Part shown: one piece after another, positions 1-11,178 of the stretch
How the letters are laid out: each line of letters opens with the position of its first letter
Numbering within the stretch: the stretch's first letter is position 1
Translations under genes and position numbers: made by a program
Notes under the pieces: generated by a model
Databases searched by the model: none
What the model was told of the DNA's origin: nothing
What the model saw: only the letters and a program-made list of their open reading frames with translations
From: Squalus acanthias
Lineage: Eukaryota
Length of the DNA stretch: 64,000 nt
Direction: 5' to 3'
NCBI GenBank assembly: GCA_030390025.1
Contig: CM059432.1
Span: 32,986,001 to 33,050,000, forward strand

Positions 1-469
1 CAAATACAACTATGGTCCCACTTTTCACAGAATTACATGTACCACATAACAAAAACACCGGCTTTTTTCTTTTAAATGAACTACAAATCCTCCCAAATGA
101 ACTACAAATTCAATTTAATAACTGGTTTGCGGAGCCTTCCTGATCTCGTTGCAAAAGGTTTTGCTGTTGTACCAATTTTCGGGCTGTTTTGTTTCCAAAC
201 TCAAAGAAGTAGGTCCCATCACTCTGTTTCCCCACTTGATGCAACTTTGTTCACAAGACAATTCAGTACAATGGTTATGGAATGGATTCAACTCTGTGTC
301 CAGACACTGATCAGTCCATCCATTCAAGGTGTTTTCATACACTTTTCAGTACAGAGTCCTTTTTGAGTCTCATTTGCAATCTCTGTTGCATTCACAGGAA
401 AGCCTTTGTCAACTGCACCTAGTGTGAAAATCTCACCTTTACTCCCAACACGGGTTCTCATGTGGCAAC

Positions 470-1145
470 TTTTTTTATTTGCTTATGGGCTCTGGGTGTC
501 GCTGGCAAGGCCAGCATTTATTGCCCATCCCTAGTTGCCCTTGAGAAGGTGGTGGTGAGCCGCCGCCTTGAACTGCTGCAGTCTGTGTGGTGAAGGTACT
601 CCCACAGTGCTGTTAAGTAGCGAGTTCCAAGATTTTGACCCAGCAACTATGAAGGATCGTCAATATACTTCTAAGTCAGGATGGTGTGTGACTTGGAGGG
701 GAACTTGGAGGTGGTGGTGTTCCCATGCGCCTGCTGCCCTTGTCCGTCTAGCTGGTAGAGGTCGCAGGTTTGGGAGGTGCTGCCGAAGAAGCCTTGGCGA
801 ATTGCTGCAGTGCATCTTGTAGATGGTACACACTAGCCGCGGTATGCCGGTGGTGGAGGGAGTGAATGTTTAAGGTGGTGGATGGGGTGCCAATCAAGCG
901 GGCTGCATTGTTCTGGATGGTGTCAAGCTTCTTGAGTGTTGTTGCAGCTGCACTCATCCAGGCAAGTGGAGAGTATTCCATCACACTCCTTACTTGTGCC
1001 TTGTAGATGGTGGAAAGGCTTTGGGGAGTCAGGAGGTTAGACACTCGCCGCAGAATACCCAGCCTCTGACCTGCTCTTGCTGGTACAGTTAAGTTTCAGG
1101 TCAATGGTGACCCCCAGAATGCTGATGGTGGGGAATTCAGCGATG
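470..1145 (-). mobile_element. 5'-truncated L2/CR1-group LINE (RT C-terminus plus 3' UTR)
   Basis: ORF 748-1044 IYKAQVRSVMEYSPLAW...LDTIQNNAARLI; A-rich tail at ~470-480. Confidence 0.8.
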
Positions 1146-2385
1146 GTAATGGTAACCTGGACAAGGCATCTGCGATTGAGTATCGCACTTCAAAGCAAAA
1201 CTCAATCATGTAGTTATATTGTGACAACACTGCCCAACGTTGCATTCTTGATGCGGCCATTGCAGGGATGGCAGATTTGGACCCCAATATTGCTTGGAGT
1301 GGTTTGCGATCGGTTATCAGGGTAAACTTTTTGCCGATCAGGGACTGTTGGAATTTCTTGATTCCAAACACTGGCGAGCGCTTCCTTTTCAATTTGTGCG
1401 TAGTTTCTTTTGCGCTTTGTGAGGGTTCGTGATGTGAACGCGATTGATTTCTCTTGGCTGTCATCCATTACGTGGGTTATGACAGCTCCCACACCGTAAC
1501 TGGAAGCATCGCACGCTAATTTAAGCTCACGCTCTGTGTTGTAGTGCACAAGTAGAGCATCGCAAGAGAGACTTCTCTTACAAGCGTCGTAAGCTTCCTG
1601 TTGTGCTTTTGTCCACTTCCACTGGACATCCTTGAGCTCATGCAATGGAGCTAACGTGATCGCTAACTCGGAAGAAACGTGCGTAGTACGGGACCATTCC
1701 AAGGAAAGATCTTGACTCAGACACGTTCTGTGGCTTTGGAGCATTGATGACAGCATCAACCGTTTCCTTAACTGGTTGCAATCCATTTACATCAACTTTC
1801 AGACCAAGGTACACAACCCCGGGCTGCACAAAAGCACATTTGCTCCTTTTCAATTTGACATTGTGGAAATTCAACCTTTTGAAGCACTAAATCTAACACT
1901 TCTAGATTTTCTTCCTCGCTGCTTGTTGCGATCAGCACATTGTCTTGATTGCATAAGCAATTTGGAACTCCTTGCAAAATCTTATCCATCGTAGCCTGGA
2001 AGATTTTTGGGGAGGCCTTTTATACCATGTGGCAGCTTGGTGTATGAGTACAGTCCCTTGTGTGTGTTGATGGTGAGATACTGTTGACTCTTTAACGTTC
2101 AGCTGAGCGTAAGCATGTGACAGGTCAAGCTTGGAGAAAACCTTTGACCCAGAGAGTGCTGCATACAAATATTGCGATGTAGGTAACGGGTACTGCTCAT
2201 CGTAACTTTGTAGTCACCGCACAAGCATGCAGTTTTTGTCTGCTTTGGGCATTACCACGATCAACGTAGCCCATTCACGTTTCAGTTTTTACTAGCACTC
2301 TGTTCTCTCTGAGCTTCGCTAGCTCTTCCTCCACCTGACTTTTCAACGCATAGGGGACCGGCCTTGCCTTACAATAGACAGGCTT

Positions 2386-4419
2386 CATAGAATCATAGAA
2401 GATAGGAGCAGGAGTAGGCCATTCGGCCCCTCTAGCCTGCTCCGCCATTCAATGTGATCATGGCTGATCATCCAAATTCAGTACCCTGTCCCTGCTTTCT
2501 CCCCATATCCCTTGATCCCTTTAGCCTTAAGAAATATATCCAACTCCTTCTTGAATCTATTTAATGAATTGGCCTCTACTGCCTTCTGTGGTAGAGAATT
2601 CCACAGGTTCACCTACTCCTCCTGGGTGAAGAAATTCCTCCTCATTTCTGTCCTAAATGGCTTACCCCTTATCCTTAGACTGTGACCCCTGGTTCTGGAC
2701 TCCCCGACCATCGGGAATATCCTGTCCTGTCAGAATTTCATAAGTTTTCAATGAGATCCCCTCTCATTCTTCTAAACTCCAGCGAGTATAAGCCCAATCG
2801 ACCCAATCTCTCTTCATACGTCATTCCTGCCATCCCAGGTATCAGCCTGGTGAATCTTCGCTGAACTCCTTCCATGGCAAGAACATCCTTCCTCAGATAA
2901 GGCGACCAAAACTGCACACAATATTCAAGGTGTGGTCTCACCAAGGCCATGTACAACTGCAGCAAGACATCCTTGTTCCTGTACGCAAACCCTCTCGCTG
3001 TGAAGGCCAACATACCATTTGCCTTCTTAACCGCCTGCTGCACCTGCATGCTTACCTTCAGCGACTGGTGCACAAGGGCACCCAGGTCTCGTTGCACTTC
3101 CCCTTCTCCCAATCTATTGCCATTCAGATAATCTGCCTTTCTGTTTTTGACACCAAAGTGGATAACCTCGCATTTATCCACGTTATATTGCATCTGCCAC
3201 GCTTCTGCCCACTCACCCAACCTGTCCAAATCATCCTGGAGTTTCTCTGCATCCTCCTCGCAGCACACACGCCCACCCAGTTTTGTCATCTGCAAACCTG
3301 GAGATATTACATCTAGTTCCCTTGTCTAGATCATTAATATATATTGTGAATAGCTGGGGTCCAAGGACCGATCCCTGCGGTACCCCACTAGTCACTGCCT
3401 GCCACTCGGAAAAAGACCCGTTTATTCCAACTCTTTGCTTTCTGTCTGCCAACCAGTTCTCTATCCAAGTCAATACCTTGCCCCCAATCCCATGTGCATT
3501 AACTTTACACACTAATCTCTTATGCGGGACCTTATCAAAAGCCTTTTGGAAGTCCAAATACACCACATTCACTGGTTCTCCCTTATCTATTTTACCAGTT
3601 ACATCCTCAAAAAATTCCAGTAGATTAGTCAAGCATGATTTACCTTTTGTAAATCCATGTTGACTTTGTCCAATCCTGTCACTGTTTTCCAAGTGCTCAG
3701 CTATTACATCTTTTATAATGGACTCCAGCATTTTCCCCACTACTGATGTCAGGCTTACCGGTCTGTAATTCCCTGTTTTCTCTCTACCACCCTTTTTGAA
3801 TAGTGGGGTAACATTAGCTACCCTCCAATCCATGGGTACTGTTCCAGATTCCATCGAATGTTGGAAGATGATCAGCAATGCATCTACTATTTCTAGGGCC
3901 ACTTTCCTTAAGTACCCTGGGGATTTATCGGCCTTCAATCCCTTCAATTTCCCTAACACCATTTCCCTACAAATACTGATTTCTTTCAGTTCCTCCCTTT
4001 CATCAGACCCTATGTTCTCCAACATCTCTGGGAGGTTATTTGTGTCCTCCTTTGTGAAGACAGAACCAAAATATGTATTTAATTGGTCTGACATTTCTTT
4101 GTTCCCCATTATAAGTTCCCCTGATTTTGACTGCAAGGGACCTATGCTTGATTTCACTAATCTTTTTCTCTTCACATATATCTATAAAAGCTTTTACAGT
4201 CAGTTTTTATGTTCCCTGCAAGCTTACTCTTCTATTTTCCCCTTCTTAATTAATCCTTGTCCTCCTTTGTTGAATCCTAAACTGCTCCCAGGGTTACTGC
4301 TTTTTCTGGCCAATTTATATGCCCTCTCCTTGGATCTTATGCTATCCCTAATTTCCCTTGTTAACCACGGTTGAATCACCCTTTTTGTTTTATTCTTATG
4401 CCAAACTGGGATGAACAAA
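2386..4419 (-). mobile_element. 5'-truncated CR1 LINE (ORF2 RT, frameshifted)
   Basis: [34 protein letters not shown] and LVRPHLEY motifs; (TTCTATGA)-type 3' tail at 2386-2400; near-identical to the copy at 24325-27397. Confidence 0.95.
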
Positions 4420-5094
4420 TTCGTGTTGGACTTGATGCGGATATGCGCGTTATACCCAGTGATGCCCTCATAACTGTCAGAACATGCTTTTGTACTTGTT
4501 CAGCATTGTCGAGTCGCTTCTTTGAAGCATCTACATATTCCAGGCTTTGCCCATGAGGGCTCGCTACAATAATAGGCAGCTTTACTGACTGGCCATTGTG
4601 TTGAACTGTACATTCCATTTGTCCACATGTCTAGGATTTCTCCAGAGTAGGTTTTAACTCTACAATACTTTGTAAATGGTACTTGATGAAACTTACTCGT
4701 GTCCTTAATCATGATAGAGCAGGCCGCCGTGTCGATACACATCAATATATTGGTTGCTGATCAAAAGTTTTGTACGGCAGTCTCTCTCACGACTGCTAGC
4801 GTTGCCACTAGTGGCATAGATACTGTAGATGCCTAGTTCTTCAACATCAGGTATGTTCACTTTTTAAGATTGTGAACTCCTCCCTTTTGTTGTCGCTGCT
4901 TTGCATTGCCATTAGAATGGTTCTTCCTGCTTTAGATCTAGCAGTGAAAACACTTCGCATTTCTGTATCGGCAGAACTGGAGTGATTTCCATTGCAGCGA
5001 TAACAATTCACTGAACTGCTCTCACCGACATGCTTTTGACCGAGTCTCTCCGCTTTAGATTTGGCAGTGGCTTTGTGACTGTAGACCTCAGCTT

Positions 5095-6375
5095 TGTAGG
5101 TGGTTTGCTTTGGTGGTTCGAATCACCTCTCCTTTTGCTTTGGTGGTTCGAATCACCTCTCCTACTTGGTTCTAGATGACTAGGAATTACGGTGAACAGG
5201 ATTGGAACACAGACAAGCTTTTCGGACGCAACCGTACGGTGTTTAATAAGGTTACCACACACCCGCCTCCAGTACGTAAAATGCCTGGTGGCGTAAAACA
5301 AACAGTACAACAATACAACTTGGCCCGTCGAACAGGCCCCTGTCTCGTATTAAGATGCCTAAAATCACTGTTGCAATACAGAATATAACATGGACTTGTC
5401 CCACAAACCCTGGAACATACACTATATAATACACACAACCTCCCCACTAAGCCCCTCTGGATTGGTTGGGACACACAACACCCCCTCACACAGTACCGGT
5501 GGTCTTAAGAATGCGTGGGCTTTGACAATGCTCACCCCGATTGTCTGTCTGTTTCTTGCTCGCTGCTCCCCTGTGTAGAACGTGTCTCCTGATTCCGTAT
5601 CGCCGATGCAGTATCCAGGTCCCAGGTTCGAGGTTTGTTCCTACAGTCGAAGAGCAAGGCAAGGCTCTTGTCGCTCGTGGTGGTTTCTTCTCTCCGTCTC
5701 GGATGGAGTGCTCGGTTCTAGGTTCAGAAATGAGGGCACGCGAGAGAGAGAGAGAGCGAGAATGGCCAAAGCTGCCTTCTCTTTTATACCCTAAAAGTTC
5801 ATTAAGGTCTGTGTACTGCAGTGATGTCTTTTTAATCACCCTTTTTTGTCTGGTTTCCCACCTTTTTGGGGCTATCCCATCTAGGTGCTAGTGTTAATGG
5901 CAGATGACTGGCTGCACTTCTTACCCGATCCCGGGTTAAGTGGTTTCCCATTAATTTACAATGGCCCGTCACCGTATGAGTCACCTACCCGGGCCCATTG
6001 TTTCCCAGAGAACTCCTGTCTGCTCAGACATTCTCCTGTAATCAGTTTGTAGGCCTGGCTGGAATCTCCTGTCCATCACAACACCTGGGCCCCTCCCATC
6101 TTCTCCAAACAGGCTGCTGGTCAATCAGCAGTAACAATCATACAAAATGTCCGATACAAAAAATCCTTGGTTTTCAGTTGCACTGGTCACTGAAGTTGGA
6201 CGGAGCTCCCGAGCATTCTTAGACACATCTCCATAGGGCAATTTTGCACGGTCAAAGGTTAGGTTCGGAGTGTTCAGTAACTTGGACTGTGCTCTCATCC
6301 ATCAGTCCACACGGTCAACGTACGATCCAAAAATGTGTCAAGTTGCAATGCAAAGACCAGTTTTTAAGAGCTACA
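5095..6375 (-). repeat. Long (~1.3 kb) solo-LTR-like insertion
   Basis: TGTAG...CTACA ends; non-coding; minus-strand TATA at ~5783; homologous blocks shared with 22561-23735; 30-bp tandem duplication near 5104-5163. No TSD, and flanking gag sequence appears deleted. Confidence 0.6.
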
Positions 6376-6869
6376 ATGCACTAACTGATGTTTCCACTTT
6401 ATTTTTGGTTTCTGGTACAAAACTTCTAGCTCTCTAATGGCTTTGGATAGAAATGGTCCTCGACTGTCTTCAAATGACGCATCCATTGCTTTCCCTGGCG
6501 TGAGTAGGTTTGTGTATGTTCCGTAGACATCTGGCCCGATCTTAGTTTTAAAAACAAAAATTGCTTTCTTCCGTTCATGGATTACTTTATTTTGAGCTTT
6601 GAACATTCTCATCTGCACCTTTTTGGTCTCAATGTTGTTCACCTTAAAAACATCCCATAGGCCATGATTGTCCCGATTCCATCGAACAGTGACTCAGCAC
6701 ACTACCTGTGAGAATCAATGCTGCTGTTGCTGTGTATACGTACACACAAAGTCGAAGCACAGACGATTCTGCATCAGCATTAACAGTAAAACATTGCAAA
6801 AATTCAGTTTAGGTGTCATAAATTCACCTTAAACTTTTCCACTTGAAGGTTGAACACTGTCCTTCCATG

Positions 6870-6887
6870 ATCCCATCCTCGTCGCCA
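6870..6887 (-). promoter_or_regulatory. Primer-binding site, tRNA-Ser(GCU)-type
   Basis: Minus strand TGGCGACGAGGATGGGAT, 3 nt after the LTR; complementary to a tRNA-Ser 3' end ATCCCATCCTCGTCGCCA (recalled sequence). Confidence 0.8.
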
Positions 6888-6890
6888 AAA

Positions 6891-7015
6891 TGTAAGGTGG
6901 GTAGAATGAATAAATGAATGACAGCGACACGATGAGTTGCTAGTGCATGTGCTTGCTTTACTAGGCTCGAGCAAACTGAGCATGCTTATACGAAACCATG
7001 TGATAATACATTACA
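6891..7015 (-). repeat. Short (~125 bp) 5' LTR of the old Gypsy element
   Basis: Begins TGTAA and ends TTACA; adjacent to the PBS. Confidence 0.75.
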
Positions 7016-7064
7016 TATAGGTTTACCTTAACTTCCTGGCTTTTTTATTCTATGCCTCTATTTG

Positions 7065-8150
7065 TAGACAAAAATGAGAAGTCGCACAACACCAGGTTAT
7101 AGTCCAACAGTTTTATTTGAAATCACAAGCTTTCGGAGCTATCGATCGCCCCTTCCTCAGGTGAAGTAAAGAGATACAGAATCGCCAAAGCATATATAGA
7201 TAGAAAACAATGCATGTGTTACTTACAAAAGCAGACGACTACATTTAAATCACCCTGACTGTTTATCTGCCGAGGTGTGAGAAAAGTCAATCGGGTCACA
7301 TCAAAGACATAGCAAGATACAACTGAGACAATGAGGTGGAGCCACAGGGGGTCCAATGTGTCAAAAGCCATAGTATGGGAAACGATAAACTTAAAATGTT
7401 TTACTTTTTTACTGGGAATCACATCTGTTAACAAGCCAACGATGACTCGAGTCTGGATCACGTCATGTATCGTGACATAAACCCAAGATCCCGGTTGAGG
7501 CCGTCCTCATGAGTGCGGAACTTGGCTATCAGTTTCTGCTCGATGATTTTGCGTTGTCGTGTGTTCCTAAGGCCGCCTTGGAGAACGCTTACCCGCAGAT
7601 CCGAGGCTGAATGTCCTTGACTGCTGAAGTGTTCCCCGACTGGGAGGGAACACTCCTGCCTGGTGATTGTTGCGCGGTGTCCGTTCATACGTTGTCTCAG
7701 TGTCTGCATGGTCTCGCCGATGTACCATGCCGCGGTGCATTCTTTCCTGCAACGTATGAGGTAGACAATGTTGGCCGAGTCACATGAGTATGTACCATGT
7801 ACCTGGTGGGTAGTGTCCTCACGTGTGATGATGGTATCTGTGTTGATGATCTGGCATGTCTTGCAGAGGTTGCCGTGGCAGGGTTGTGTGGTGTCGTGGT
7901 CGCTGTTATCCTGAAAGCTGGGTAATTTGCTGCGAACGATGGTACTTCTGAGGTTAGGCGGCTGTTTGAAAGCAAGTAGTGGAGGCGTGGGGATGGCCTT
8001 AGCGAGGTGTTCGTCATCAATGACATGTTGGAGGCTGCGAAGAACATGACGTAGTTTCTCCGCTCCGGGGAAGTACTGGACGACGTAGGGTACCCTGTTG
8101 GTTGTGTCCCGTGTTTGCCTTCTGAGGAGGTCTATGCGATTTTTTTCGCT
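7065..8150 (-). mobile_element. 5'-truncated Penelope-like element (GIY-YIG end plus terminal repeat)
   Basis: TLRQRMNGHR...PVGEHF...EQKLIAKFRTHEDGLNRD; the terminal region matches 10160-10260. Confidence 0.9.
7123..7164 (-). ncRNA. Minimal type I hammerhead ribozyme in the Penelope terminal repeat
   Basis: Minus strand: TCAC-CTGAGGA-A-GGGGC(gatcgata)GCTCC-GAAA-GCTT-GTGA. Confidence 0.75.
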
Positions 8151-8401
8151 GTGAGTGTAGAGCTCAGGCTCTCATGCTTTTTAAGTGCTTGGCTGACCTA
8201 TTCTGCTACCTTCCAAGATTTGTCCACAAACCCCTCCCAGGTCTCTGTTATTGCACCCTCTTTAAAACTACCGTTTAGCTTGGCTTGGTGCTCTTGATTT
8301 TCCCCAAATTCTGCAAAGAATTCAATAAGGTTTGTCGGTCAAGCATTCAGTTTCTAAATGATTCTCTGTTACATCTTTAAGGATTCCATTATCTTTACTA
8401 C

Positions 8402-8960
8402 TGTAAGATTTTTATTTCGACTGGCATTAAATTGACAGCAACACCAATTCTTTTGAAACAATTTGGAATAAGTTTATTAAACACACACATGCACATAGCC
8501 TATTGGACAAAACAACAGTCTACTGGTATCCTATGGACTCTACTTGATTACAACAGGTAAGGTAATGGGTTATAGATTTAAACAGACTTATCCTTCCCTC
8601 TGTCAGGCAACGCATGTGGTGGTCTTCCTTGCTTCTTGGCCTGGTCTGCAGAGGGGGGCTTCCTGCTTTGCCGCGTGGTCATCGAGACAGCGAGCGAACT
8701 CCTCCAGCTTTTGGGTTGCTTTTTATGTCTTTTAAAGTCCATTGTCTCTAGTGTAAATGCTAAAAACCCCAGGATTGGGTCTTGGTTTCATGGCAGTTCT
8801 TAATTGGCTTTCCTTACTCATGTATCTGTCTGCAGAGGCTGGTGCCATTTCTTGATTAAGTTAATTGTTTTGTTAACACCTTTTTAATGGCTGAGTTTTG
8901 ATGGGTTTGTTTACCCTGAAAGTCATGCTGTCTCTGTGGGGGTTACCTTGTTCAAGTTTA
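8402..8960 (-). repeat. Possible LTR remnant
   Basis: Starts TGTAA, minus-strand AATAAA at ~8475, non-coding, adjacent to a retroviral integrase fragment. Boundaries uncertain. Confidence 0.35.
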
Positions 8961-8964
8961 TTTA

Positions 8965-9690
8965 TGTTTCGTGCTGTGCCTCGTGTGGTGAATAGCCAGT
9001 CATCCGCGACGGGGTTGCCCGAACAGCCATGAGTACCAACGGGAGTCTAATATCCCATTGTTTAGGAATAATCTCCTTGCGGAGCTTCTCCTTCCAAGTC
9101 CTATTCATTCGCTCCACAATCCCTGAAGACTGGGGATTGTATGCCACATGCCATTTATCCTGTATGCCCAGAAGTTTAAGTGTGTTCGCTGTTACTTACC
9201 CCGTAAAATGGCTCCCTTGGTCCGATTCCACTATCCTTGGAATTCCTCACAGTGAGAACCTCCTTCACTAGAATTTTGGCCGTGCCGTGGGCTGTCTCCG
9301 CTTTGCACGGGAAGGTCTCCACCCATTTAGAGAAATTGTCGACAATGAGGCAGTACTTATCCCCACTGGATGTGGTGCGGAGGGGCCCAATATAATCAAT
9401 TTGTATAGCTTGCCTTGGCCTTTCCACTCTGTGACCGAGGGGTGCCTTTCTCTTCTGGGGGTCAGGGTTATTTGCTGCACACGCCAAGCATCTCTCAGAA
9501 ATTCCGGACATCATCTTGGAGGTTAGGCCACCACGCTACGGCCTCTATTTGTTTGGTGGTCATGACCGGGCTCTGGTGGCCTGTTCCTGGTCCCCTCCCC
9601 CCATGGACTAATTGTATAAATTCTTCCCTGTGATGGTGCGGGACAACCTATGGTCATTATGGAAGAGCATTCCCTGTCTTAACACTGTTG
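8965..9690 (-). pseudogene. pol: Lokiretrovirus-like integrase fragment
   Basis: CLACAANNPDPQKRKAPLGH...IQIDYIGP...NPQSSGIVERMNRT closely matches the integrase at 49376-51016; frameshifted. Confidence 0.85.
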
Positions 9691-10219
9691 ACCTCATCAT
9701 TTCGTTTAGCCCGGATCATTTCGTTTAGCCCGGATAACATTTTTGAGAACTGGATCCGCAAGTTGTATGCCTTTGTTTTCAATTTGATACCATCCTTAAC
9801 TTCCTTAGTTAGCCACGGATGGTTCATTCTTCTCCTTAGTCTTTCCTTCTCACTGGAATATATCTTTGCTGAGAGTTATGAAATATCTCCTTACATGCCT
9901 GCCACTGTCTTACCCTTTACTCTATTTTCCCAGTCCACTTTAGCCAACTCTGTCTTCATACCTTTGTAATTGCCTTTATTTAAGTTGAGGACACTAGTTT
10001 GAGACCCAAGTTTCTCACCCTCAAACTGAATTTGAAATTCTAACATACTATGATCACTCTTCCCTAGAGGATCCTTCACTATGAGATCATTAATTAATCC
10101 TATCTCATTACACAATACCAGATCTAAAATATGACGTGGAGATGCCGGTGTTGGACTGGGGTGGACAAATGTGAGAAGTCGCACAACACCAGGTTATAGT
10201 CCAACAGCTTTATTTGAAA

Positions 10220-10256
10220 TCACAAGCTTTCGGAGCGCTGCTCCTTCGTCAGCTGA
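10220..10256 (-). ncRNA. Minimal type I hammerhead ribozyme in the Penelope terminal repeat
   Basis: Minus strand: TCAG-CTGACGA-A-GGAGC(agc)GCTCC-GAAA-GCTT-GTGA; one mismatch in stem I. Confidence 0.7.
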
Positions 10257-11178
10257 AGTGAAGAGATGCATATAGGCACAGCATATATAGTCAGAACACT
10301 GCCAGATGATTACAGTTAATCTTTCTAACTGCCCTTTATCACACCTCGGCAGAGAGATAATCACGGCAATCAAAGGTGTGGATGGTGTCCAAACAGGTCA
10401 GTCAGGAAAACATTACATCAAAGACAATGAGGTGGGGTCACAAGGGGTCAAATGTGTCAGATGCTGGGGTCTGTATGGAAAACAAAAGACTTTTTTTGCT
10501 GGAAATCACAGCAGGTCCGGCCGCATCTGTGTAGAGAGAACAAGCCAAGGACGACTCGAGTCTGGATGACTCTACGTCAGGTGGGGTTACATGTAGCGTG
10601 ACATGAACCCAAGATCCCGGTTGAGGCCGTCCTCATGGGTGCGGAACTTGGTTATCCGTTTCTGCTCGACGATTTTCCATTGTCGTGTGTCTCGAAGGCC
10701 GCCTTGGAGAAAGCTTACCCGAAGATCGGAGGCTGAACGTCCTTGACTGCTGAAGTGTTCCCCGACTGGGAGGGAACACTCCTGCCTGGCGATTGTTGCG
10801 CAGTGTCCGTTGATACGTTGTCGCAGTGTCTGCATGGTCTTGCCGATGTACCATGCTCCAGGGCATCCTTTCCTGCAACGTATGAGGTAGACAACGTTGG
10901 CCGAGTCACATGAGTATTTACCATGTGACGTAATAAAGACTCACTACGCACTTGAACATAAAGCAAGGCTTCAATCAACTTGTAACGAAACATGGAGGTC
11001 TAGTTAGCAGTCACTAGCTTCCTGTTTCCAGATTGTCTCTGCCCAAGGTGGGCCCATGCCAGAGTATTTATACTCCCTGGATGGCGCCCCAGCTGGCCGC
11101 CCAGTAGTACTTCCTGAGTTGTTACTTGCGATTTATGACATTCTTCCTCCCTAAAAGGTTTGGAAGTCCAGTCTTCCT

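Larger units (their letters stand above)
100..7015 (-). mobile_element. Old, decayed Ty3/Gypsy LTR retrotransposon interrupted by an L2-like LINE, a CR1 and a long solo LTR
   Basis: Order on minus strand: 5' LTR 6891-7015; PBS; gag remnant ~6376-6670; zinc knuckle remnant CYRCNGNH ~4990; protease remnant IDTAACSI 4500-4745; RT (FSKLDLSHAY) and RNase H (LACDASSYGVGAV) 1150-2385; pol C-terminus ATRSGRLRKPVIKLNL* ~100-150. Most of integrase is missing; many frameshifts. Confidence 0.85.

Noticed and set aside
2930..4374. + strand ORFs over CR1, and similar shadow ORFs over Gypsy and Harbinger genes
   Set aside because: Antisense or alternate-frame shadows of recognised TE coding sequence.
8150..8400. 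Possible coding remnant on the minus strand
   Set aside because: Short, contains stops, and shows no motif I can assign.
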